A DNA stretch of 64,000 bases from Vicugna vicugna (lineage: Eukaryota), in NCBI GenBank assembly GCA_013265495.1, contig MU058844.1, forward strand, positions 10,066,184 through 10,130,183, given 5' to 3'. Positions within the stretch are counted from its first letter, which is position 1; the number at the start of each line of letters is the position of its first letter. Positions 54,947-64,000 of this stretch are shown here, one piece after another. The notes below the pieces were generated by a model. That model was given only the letters and a program-made list of their open reading frames with translations, was not told the origin of the DNA and searched no databases. The position numbers and the translations under genes were made by a program.

Positions 54947-56173
54947 GACAAGATACAATAAACCTCCTAGAAGAAAATATAGGCAAAACATTACCTGACA
55001 TATATCTCAAAAATGTTCTCCTATGGCAGTCTACCCAAGCAATAGAAATAAAAGCAAGAATAAACAAATGGGACCTAATTAAACTTACAAGCTTCTGCAC
55101 AGCAAAGGAAACCGTAAGGAAAACAAAACGACCACCTACGGAATAGGAGAAAATTTTTGCAAATGATGAAACTGACAAAGGCTTGATCTCCAGGTTATAT
55201 AAGCAGCTCATATGACTTGACAAGAAAAAAACAAGCAACCCAATCCAAAAATGGGCAGACGACCTAAACAAGCAATTCTCCAAGGAAGAAATACAAATGA
55301 TCAATAGGCACATGAAAAAATGCTCAATATCACTAATTATCAGAGAAATGCAAATCAAAACTACAATGAGGTACCACCTCACACCAGTCAGAATGGCCAT
55401 CATTCAAAAGTCCACAAATAACAAATGCTGGAGAGGGTATAGAGAAAAGGGAGCCCTCTTACACTGCTGATGGGAATGCAGTTTGATGCAGCCACTGTGG
55501 AAGACAGTATGGAGATTCCTCAGAAGACTAGGAATAGACTTACCATATGACCCAGGAATCCCACTCCTGGGCATATATCCAGAAGGAAGCCTACTTCAAA
55601 AAGACACCTGTACCCCAATGTTCATAGCAGCACTATTTACAATAGCCAAGACATGTCAACAGCCTAAATGTCCATCAACAGATGCCTGGATAAAGAAGAT
55701 GTGGTATATTTATTCAATGGAATACTATTCGGCCATAAAAACGGACAACATAATGCCATTTGCAGCAACATGGATGTTCCTGGAGAATGTCATTCTAAGT
55801 GAAATAAGCCAAAAAGAGAAAGAAAAATACCACATGAGATTGCTCATATGTGGAATCTAAAAAAAAGAAAAAGAAAAAGAAAGTACATATATACAAAACA
55901 GAAACAGAGTCATAGACATAGAATACAAACTTGTGGTTGCCAAGGGGGAGGGGGGTGGGAAGGGATAGACAGGCATATGCAGAATAGATAAACAAGATTA
56001 TACTGTATAACACAGGGAAATATATACAAGATCTTGTGGTAGCTCACAGTGAAAAAAAATGTGACAATGAATATATATATGTTCATGTATAACTGAAAAA
56101 TTGTGCTCTACACTGGAATTTGACACAACATTGTAAAATGACTATAACTCAATAAAAAATTTTAAAAAAATAA
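54947..56173 (+). mobile_element. Young 5'-truncated L1 with 14-bp TSD
   Basis: ORF2 C-terminus (55483..55860); aataaactgatgaa at 54933-54946 and aatagactgatgaa at 56174-56187. Confidence 0.95.
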
Positions 56174-58039
56174 AATAGACTGATGAAAGAGGTAGAGTGG
56201 ACATAAGGGGATCAAATAGAATGAGTTTGCAGGGGTTCAAACTAAAGAAAATGGTACTGTGGGCTAAAGTAGTGGCAGCAGAAAAGGAGAGAAGTGAATG
56301 GATTCACAGGATATTTAGGAGATAAATTTGACAAGATTTGTTACAGGGTGTAGACATGTTGAATTTATGAACCCTTGGAGACATCCAAGTAGAGATATTG
56401 AATAGATAATTGGATGCATATGTCAGGAACTCAGAGGTCTGGTCTGGAGGAATAAATAATTTGGGAACCATTAGCCAAGTGATGAAAATTGAACCATGGA
56501 CATGGACGATACTATCAAGAGGGAATATGTGATAGACACAAAAATGTACCACTGCTCACATCTCCCAACAGACATCCTCGAGCTCTTAGCTCCTTCAGCA
56601 TCTGCCTCAGCTGAGAGAACTTCCTCATAGGCCTTCACACCGTCTCTGGGCATCCCACTTCTGGTAAATAAGTAAGGCAAGAGTATGAAAATTTTAATAT
56701 AAATAAACTAGAAGTCTGAAACTGGAGAAGAAGAGCCTCTGCTTTAATTTAATGGTGAGTGAGTCCATAATTCAGAATGCCCTCCCCTCCACCCCTGAGT
56801 TGCCCAAGCTTTGTTGGGACTACACCAGAGATCAATTTCTTTCTCACAGTTTCACTTGAACGTCTTGCACCCCAACCTCTATCAGAACAACATCCGAACT
56901 TGAAGACCGACCCTATAAAAGAGTACAAAATGGAAAGGGGAAAGTGCTTAGAATTAACCAATGAGAGAAAGGTAAATCTCCAAAGTAACAGAGAAGAAAA
57001 TGCTAGAACATAAGATGGAAAACCTGGATAGCATGGTGTCCTGGAAGCCAAAATAAACGTGTTTCAAGAAGCAAACAGCGGGTAAGAGTGATCAGGAAAA
57101 AATTACTGTAAAATATCCATTAGGTTTAAATCATGGAGGTCATTGGAAATCCTAGCCATGGTTGTTTTGGCTCAATGCTAGAAACAACCACCATACTGAA
57201 GAGGATTGAAGAGTGAGTTAGCCATGAGAAGATGGACTCACCAAATAATGAAAGCTCTTTAGAAAATTTAGATTTAAAGAAATGGAAAAGATATAAACAA
57301 GTTTAAATGTGATTGGAAATAATCCAATTGAGAAGGATACATTGAATAAATAGCAGAGTGAAGGTGGAGAGGAGGAATTGGTAATGTAAGATTTCTGATA
57401 AGGCATGAAGGGATGAGATCCAACACAGTTGGAGAGATTGGCCCTAAGTGATCAGGAGACTATATTCTATACTAAAACAGAAGAAAAAGAGAAGAACATG
57501 GGTACAGATGGAACTGTATGAATTTGGTAGCAGGAAGCTGAAGGAGTTCCCATCTGATGCCTTCTATTTTCTTCAGGAAGTAGGAGGTGAAGTCATCTGC
57601 CGAGAATGAGGAGGAGTTAAGACTATTTAAGGTTCAAGTAGAGTGTAGAATGCTTAAAAAACAATCATTGAAAATAGAGAGAGAGAATTTACCAGGGAAT
57701 CATTGAAGAATTGGCAGTTAAGTCTACTTAAATTCTTTAAGTAGAATGTATTGGAATCAGTCTGTCTGAGAAGTGACTTTTTTGGTAGTGCCAAACTGTT
57801 AAGTTGTAGATACAGAGCAGGCACATAGATATATTCACCCACAGTTGGGCTTTTTTTAGATAAATGTAAAATCAATGTTTAAGAGACAAAGGCACAAGGG
57901 AGTCAACAGTATCAGTGAGAGTGTTATTCAGATAAAGGACTCTGGGATCTAAATTAAATAATGATGGTGAAAGAATGAAAAAAGATAAGAAGATGGGAGC
58001 TGATGGACTGGAAGAAAGTAAAGGGGCTACCACATTAGA

Positions 58040-58185
58040 GCAATATTTCTCCAGATCTGAGGATCTTGTTAATATGAAGAATATGATTCAAGTCCGGAGG
58101 GGGGACCTGAGATTCTGCATCTCAAACAAGTTCCAAGTGAATGCTGATACTGCTGGTCTGAGGACCAGATTTTAAGAAGCAAGGC
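58040..58185. mobile_element. MER5A-like hAT element
   Basis: cctgagattctgcatctcaaacaagttccaagtga...gctggtctgaggacca. Confidence 0.75.
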
Positions 58186-58396
58186 ATTAGAAGTTCAAAT
58201 GAGATCAAAAGTCATTTTGAATTTGAGAATGGAGAGAGAAAGAGAGATCATAAGAAAAAGACAGAAGCAATAGGAAAAAAGCAGTGGACAATTAATCAGA
58301 AAAAGAGAGAAGTAGAAACAAAAGAAAGCTGGGGCATTTGAATTTGAGAGGAGCTCCAGATGCCCACTTCTGTGGGTGGGCAGATGACCAGGTCAC

Positions 58397-58749
58397 CAAA
58401 GATGATATGAGATCACTAGAGCTGCAGAAGCTGAACACTGAACAATGATGAATGGGATTCCATGAAGGGCCCTTGTACAGCTGCTAACGAGGCTTCCTCT
58501 GTTACTGTTCATCCCCTCACATCTTTCCAGAATATCCCCATTCACATGAAGTTGCCTGAGTGACTCTCTGTCCTGATCACCCAGGAGAATCTGACTAAAG
58601 AAGATGCATTGCTGGTCACTGTCAACTAGATTGCAGTTCAGTGTGGGAGGGATACCCACACTATTATTACCAAATAACTCTATTTCAACTGGACTTTTAA
58701 GATGAAATTCCAACACATTCCAGAGTCCCAAAAGACAAGATAGGACAAT
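58397..58749 (-). pseudogene. NPHP3-like exon (ORF 58393..58800 of the track)
   Basis: Strong acceptor (tctttttaatcattttacag|ATT). VLSCLLGLW..IELFGNNSVG...ERCEG vs NPHP3 LHDCLLNLF..AELLSYWQFVG...KNCEG. Donor uncertain. Confidence 0.65.
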
Positions 58750-58915
58750 CTGTAAAATGATTAAAAAGAAAAAAGAATGGAATGTTTTTGGCTTAAACAT
58801 ATCTGAATAGTAAGGAAGGGGAAAGGAAATTATTAGAACTTCTAGAAAGAAAGATCCTATCCTGACTTTAAGAGAAGAATCTTAAATCTAGAGGACTCAA
58901 AAGAGATTATTTTAC

Positions 58916-59038
58916 CTTAGGCTCAGGTGATAATAGGTGTGTCTGCAAAATCCATTTTTCTATCCCTTCCAAATCTTCCCAAAAAACTGTAAGCTGCCTT
59001 CTAGTTCTTGAGTAAGCAGCTAAAGATTTCCTCAAATG
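58916..59038 (-). pseudogene. NPHP3-like exon (123 nt)
   Basis: ccactcag|CAT...AAG|gtaaaa. LRKSLAAY...VFWEDLEGIEKWILQ vs NPHP3 YRQKLINY...VTWRSADELPWLFQ. Confidence 0.6.
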
Positions 59039-59429
59039 CTGAGTGGAATCAACCATCAGGGTTTATATTCAAACAATGACAAAATAATAAAAATGATAAA
59101 TGAAAACAATATGTGTCATTCAAAGTGAATTGATCCAACTCAAGCCCAGGAGGAAAAATAAGGTCAAATTAAACAAACACTAATAATGTCTGATTTTACT
59201 ATTAAATTTTGTGCGTAATGTTTGATTTTCTTTAAATCTTGTCTTGGGTAATAATGATGCTTCCTTGGAAATGTAGTGATTAGCTATTAGCAAATGTTTG
59301 TTTTGAAGAGAGAGTTCTAAGTTTCATGGAAAGAAAACAACAATTGAAAAGAAAAACAGGCTTACAGCTGTAACCTCAAAACCATACTTCAAAAATTAAA
59401 CTCTCTAGACCACAAACAAGCCCCCTTAC

Positions 59430-59549
59430 CCAGGCGCAGGTGGGTAATAAGTGTATATAAGTAATAAGCTGTGATGTCATAAGTTTTCCAGCAGAGTACT
59501 TAGGAATTAGCAAGCAGCCCTGTGTTAACTGCCCTTGCAAGGCTGAAAT
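59430..59549 (-). pseudogene. NPHP3-like exon (120 nt)
   Basis: catctcattacag|ATT...TGG|gtaagg. Phase-1 reading TGLLANS*VLCWKTY aligns ungapped to NPHP3 TSLIHSLYKMCLLTY. The phase-0 frame is open. Confidence 0.65.
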
Positions 59550-59651
59550 CTGTAATGAGATGACAAATGGCACAAACATGTGCCGTTCAACAATAGCTTC
59601 ATTGCATCAACCTGAATCAATAAGAAACAAAGTCATTTCCGGAGCCATAAC

Positions 59652-59744
59652 CCACTGGTAAACATGGGGAGCAACAGGTTTTCCTGATATTCCACCATTC
59701 ACATAAACTAGGCAAATGCCCATTCCCAGGTTAGTCTTGTACAC
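59652..59744 (-). pseudogene. NPHP3-like exon
   Basis: cag|GTG acceptor. GICLVYVNGGIS vs NPHP3 ILCLVNVSHNGVS. A +1 shift then gives ENLLLPMF vs ESELMELY. Donor position approximate. Confidence 0.65.
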
Positions 59745-60000
59745 CTGTACATTTTGGGGCAGAAATCATTATTTAATATAAACCAGAAATTTATACTTCA
59801 AGAAGTGTAACAATACTTGAAACTGGCCATAGATTATTCCAGGAAGACTATTTATGGTAGTCAGGCAAAAGGAACTGATTACCCAGATTCTTGTATACAT
59901 GGGAAAATTTGATTCTTATAACTACACAGTTCAACTTATGATGCAAAGCTTGTCAGTATCATCAATGAGCTCATTCTTTACTGAATTAGAGAGATCTTAC

Positions 60001-60120
60001 CTTGACAGAAGAGTAGACACGTGACATTAACAGTGCTGTGTTACTCCCTGTATAACAGTATCTCTGAACTCCAGGGCATTCAATGATATATAGTTTAATC
60101 AAAAAAGGCAGAAGTCTGGC
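60001..60120 (-). pseudogene. NPHP3-like exon (120 nt, open in phase 0)
   Basis: tttttctttttag|GCC...AAG|gtaaga. CYTGSNTALLMSRVYSSVK aligns ungapped to NPHP3 CFQCQDTLSLYRLVLHSIR. Confidence 0.75.
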
Positions 60121-60656
60121 CTAAAAAGAAAAAGTTGCAGTTTACGAGATTTTGGAAATTTGAGGCCCAAAGAGACCGGAGAAAAAACTTGCACACTCGC
60201 TCTTTCCATTTCTTACACACTTTTCAAAACAAGCACTATGTTTTTTGTTTTAATGGCTTTTATTTTTTAACCTCTTAATAAATTACCCAGTGCTTAAGCT
60301 CATCATGTACCCAAAATTGGGATCACAAATTAAAATAACTACTGGGGTTAGGAAGATACAGCAAAGGAGTAAAGTCATTTTTATGTCAAGTTAAAGAAAA
60401 CATGCAGTAGTGAAACCTGGCAACTTGTAAAGTACATCACCCATTGGAGGGTCTTAATATTTACTTACTTCTACTCAGTTGTCACCCATAGAAACGCAGG
60501 CCGAGTATTGCCAGATGTTCCAAATTTTCAAGATATACTGTAAATCTGAATTTTTATGTGCTGTATCCTGGATATTAAATTTGGCAACAATTTGAACATT
60601 GTTTGGAAATGCATGGGGACTTCTAATTGGGATGGTTTAGTGAGGTCATAAATTAC

Positions 60657-60934
60657 CATGCCTTCTCTGTTCCAAGCCCTTAGCCATGATTGGAAATGTA
60701 TAAAAATATAAAAGCTATTATGACATTAGCTGGGGACAAGACTAAGATAAATATCTCCACTGGCCAGCAGCAGAACAGAAAGTTAAGGCAGTGAACAAGG
60801 CAGGCGGATGAGTAGCCAGAACCCAGCACCCTCCCTGAAGCTTCAGCTAGGTTGGAACTATCAGACACAAGTAGGATGCTTAGAAAACAACTCACTTGCT
60901 GCTAGGGACTGTGATTTATTAGCAACTGTTGGAT
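60657..60934 (-). pseudogene. NPHP3-like exon remnant
   Basis: Strong acceptor (ttttttctcctcctttctcag|ATC). IQQLLINHSP*QQVSCFLSI...CCWPVEIFILVLSPANV vs NPHP3 VQQ..WLIDPLPVNVRVIVSV...RLWPTLHLDPLSPKDA. Two stops; donor uncertain. Confidence 0.6.
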
Positions 60935-62634
60935 CTGAGAAAGGAGGAGAAAAAAAAGACTCAGCCTTAAGACCAGAAACTTATTCAAAGACTGCCTAGC
61001 TTCATAATTCTATCCGTACTATCCCCAATGTAATCGTGGACCAGGAGCCCCAAAACAAAACAAACTCTAGAGATTTTGTCAATGCTGTCTACCAAATCAG
61101 TATGATAATTCTCCAATCACGCGGTTTTTTCATTCATCCACTCAATGATTTACTCAACAACTGTTTATTGAGTAGCAGGACATGTCAGGCATTATTCTAG
61201 ATGCTGGAGGAAAAGGAGTGAATAAAAGAAAGAACTTGCATATTGTAATTACATTCTAACTACACGGGAGGGGGCAGCATGGGAAACACATCACAAATAT
61301 ACAGAAGAATACATATGTCAGAGGGTAAAAGTGCTAGGAAGAAAAAAGAAACTAAGGTAAGGAGGAAGAAGAGCACCAAAGCGGAAGGAAGGAAGCCCCA
61401 GAGAAGACCTAGTGAGGAAGGAGCCAGCCATACAGGTTTGTAGGGGACACATGTCCCAGGAAGACGGCACAAGAAGTTCAAATGCCTCAAGGCAGGACCA
61501 CAATGCATTCAAGGAGCATCAAGGAGACCAGTGTGACACGAGAGGAGTGAGCAAAAAGAGAGGTAAGAGTAAAGGATGGAATTGGAGCAAAAGGCCAGAG
61601 CATAGAGCCTTCTAGACCATGTTAAGTTCTTTGGCTTTTACTCCCAAGTGAGGTGAGAAGGCACTGGGGGGTTTTGAGGAGATGAGAGACATGATGTGAC
61701 ATATATTGAGAAGACCAGTATGACAGCCTCATTGAGAAAAGACTGGCGTGAACTGTAAAAAGAGACAAAGAAACAAATTAGAAGCCTATTCCAGTAATCC
61801 AGGCCAGAGATGAGGATGGCTCAGAGCAAGAGGGAAGCAGTGGAGGTGGTGATAAATGGTTAAAATATGAAAATGTGTGGAAGATAGAGGTAAGAGGATT
61901 GCTGTTAAATTGAATGGGGAGTTTCAAAGAAAGAGGGAAGTCAGAAAATGACTCTAGACTTTTTGGCCTCCATAGCTGAAAGAATAATATTGCCATTTAC
62001 TGAGACTGGAAAGTATGTGAAGAGGTTAGATTTGAGGTTGGAAGTTGGGTGAGAATCAGAGCTGGAGTTTTGGGACACGTTAAGTTTGTGGTATAGGGAA
62101 GATATCCAAGGGGAAACTTCATGTAGAAATCCCAAGGGGAGGTGGAGGCTATGGGTAGAAATTTAGAAGATATCAGAGGAATCATGAAATTTAAATCCAC
62201 GAGACTAGATGAGATCAGCAGAAGAGAGCATGTAGATTTTTCAGGCGGTTTGAGTAGCACACTCCAACCACACAATTTGAGAAGAGTTTAACAAAGGGTC
62301 TTTTTAAATGGTGTGGCAGATTATAGGGTAAAGAATAAGGAATAATGCACTACCCTAACAGCAGGTAGCCTAAAGGGGTAAGGGGAGGGGGCAGTTACCG
62401 AGAACACAGAGGAGGTCTCGACTAAAGGAAGAAGGCCCCCTAACAAGAGCTGTAATCTTCAGTTTAGGGAGGCCACACAGCAGTCAGGAGGACAGAGGAA
62501 TAAATACCCCACCTCCACTCTCTTCCCAACCTCCAAAAGGAAGATAAAAGCCAGGGAATCTGTTGATACAGCACATTAAAATCACTTCTTAGGGCACAAA
62601 TCAAGGAGAAAGCAAGAGTGGAGAAACAAAGAAA

Positions 62635-62875
62635 GATACTCAGATACAGAAAACAAATCTGTGGTTACTGGGGAAAGGGAAGGGGGTGGAGGGAGAGATA
62701 AATTGGGAGACTGGGACTTGCAGATACAAATTACTATATATAAAATAGATAAACAACAAGGTCCTACTGTATAACACAGGGAACTATATTCAATATTTTG
62801 TAATAGCCTATAATGAAAAAGAATATGAAAGGAATATATAAATATATGTGTGTATATATATATATATATATGAAT
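62635..62875 (+). mobile_element. L1 3' UTR fragment
   Basis: Same UTR as at 12.2 kb and 25.4 kb. Confidence 0.85.
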
Positions 62876-63650
62876 CATTATTTGTTGAAAAGACTGTTCT
62901 TTTTTTATTGAGTTCCTTTGACACCTTGCCAAAAATAAATTGATCTTAAATGGAAGGGTTTATTTCTAGATCAATTCTTTCCCATTGATTGATATGTCCA
63001 TTTCTTATAGTCCTGCACTGCCTTGATTATTGCAGCTTTGCAGTAAATTTTGAAATCAGGAAATGTGAGTCCTCCAATTTTGTTCTTTGTCAGGATTGGT
63101 TTGGCTAGTCTAAGAGCCTTAAGTCTACGTATAATTTTACAATTAGTTTGTTAATTTCATTTTTTTAAAGCAGCTGGAATGTTGATAAGAAGTGTATTGA
63201 ATCTGCAGATCAGCTTGAGGAGTATTCCCATCTTAATACTAAGTCTTCTAATCCATAAGCAAAAGGTAATTTTTCATTTATTTACATCTTCCTTAATTTC
63301 TTTCAAAAATGCTTGATAGTGTTCAGTGTATAAGTATTGCACTTCTTTTGTTAACTTTATTCCTAAATATTTTATTCTTTTTGACGCTAGTGTAAATAGA
63401 ATTGTTTTCCTAATTTCCCTTTTAATTGTTCATTGCCGAGTATATAGAAATACAATTGATCTTTGTATTCTGATCTTACACCCTGCAACCTTGCTGAATT
63501 TGCTTGTTAGCTCTAATAGGTTTTTTCCTAATGTGGATTCCTTAGGATTTTTGTATATAATATCATCAGCTTGCCAAACTGATGCCAAACTATTTCTTTT
63601 GCCTAATTGTTCTGACTAGAACCTCCAGTAGTGTTGAATAGAAGGGAACT
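62876..63650 (-). mobile_element. Older L1 ORF2 fragment
   Basis: ttgattattgcagctttg...ttattcctaaatattttattc...ctagaacctccagta. Confidence 0.85.
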
Positions 63651-63769
63651 ATGTATTTTTTTTTAAATTCATAGTCAAACATGATTTATTTCAGTAACTT
63701 AAAGGTCATTCAATATGATAATATAAGTTAAAGTAATATATTGGATGAGAAATTTCAAATGATCAATTA

Positions 63770-64000
63770 AATTTATTTATGTAAGGAATACATTATTGTG
63801 CTTGCTATGTGCTAGATGGTTGTAAGCACTTTACAAGTATTAACTCATTGAATCTTTAAGACAACCCTACGATTAGGTGCTGTCATTCCCTCTATGACAC
63901 ATGACAAAATCAAGCCAGAGTTAATTTGTCCAACATAACACAGCAGTAAGTGACAGAGCTGGAACTTAACCCCAGGCAGGTTGGTCCAGAGTCCTATCTC
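63770..64000 (-). mobile_element. MIR SINE
   Basis: gtaagcactttacaagtattaactcatt...agtaagtgacagagctgg. Confidence 0.7.

Larger units (their letters stand above)
44624..60934 (-). pseudogene. Decayed multi-exon NPHP3-like (NACHT-like NTPase/helical + TPR) gene; 5' part probably beyond the window end
   Basis: Six clustered exons at 58.4-60.9 kb align collinearly with recalled human NPHP3, followed by TPR-like remnants at 53.6, 49.2 and 44.6 kb. Stops at 60902-60904 and 60680-60682. Confidence 0.7.

Noticed and set aside
5155..58749. Resemblance of several exons to KIAA1549/KIAA1549L domains
   Set aside because: Short scattered matches, not collinear; NPHP3 and dynein explain the same exons in order.
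59430..60120. Vitellogenin remnant
   Set aside because: Two exons matched the same VTG segment and neighbours did not fit.
44624..60934. Assigning the symbol NPHP3 (or DNAH14/DNAH6 to the downstream part)
   Set aside because: Similarity is far below that expected for mammalian orthologues.
62635..63650. Twin-primed inverted L1
   Set aside because: Wrong order and orientation for twin priming, and the pieces appear to differ in age.
1..64000. Prokaryotic systems (CRISPR, operons), rRNA, CpG-island promoter
   Set aside because: No repeat-spacer arrays or dense ORFs; CpG-depleted mammalian DNA throughout.

Overview
AT-rich mammalian genomic DNA, very probably camelid (a camelid-type tRNA-derived SINE lies at 23.0 kb). 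It is dense in interspersed repeats (L1, L2, MIR, ERVL/MaLR LTRs, Tigger and hAT transposons) and has no clearly intact protein-coding gene; most listed ORFs are chance ORFs or L1/ERVL fragments. The main result is a chain of more than 20 minus-strand exon remnants between the repeats, most with AG/GT boundaries and many with stops or frameshifts. From about 61 to 44.6 kb they resemble, in collinear order, the NACHT-like/helical and TPR region of nephrocystin-3 (NPHP3). From about 43 kb to the window start they resemble, in collinear order, the N-terminal tail of DNAH6/DNAH14-clade axonemal dynein heavy chains. Both look far too diverged to be the orthologues. I read this as a decayed, non-processed ciliary locus: either two tandem lost paralogues or one NPHP3-like/dynein fusion gene. 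All protein similarities are by-eye alignments to human sequences recalled from memory and need tBLASTn/HMM confirmation.
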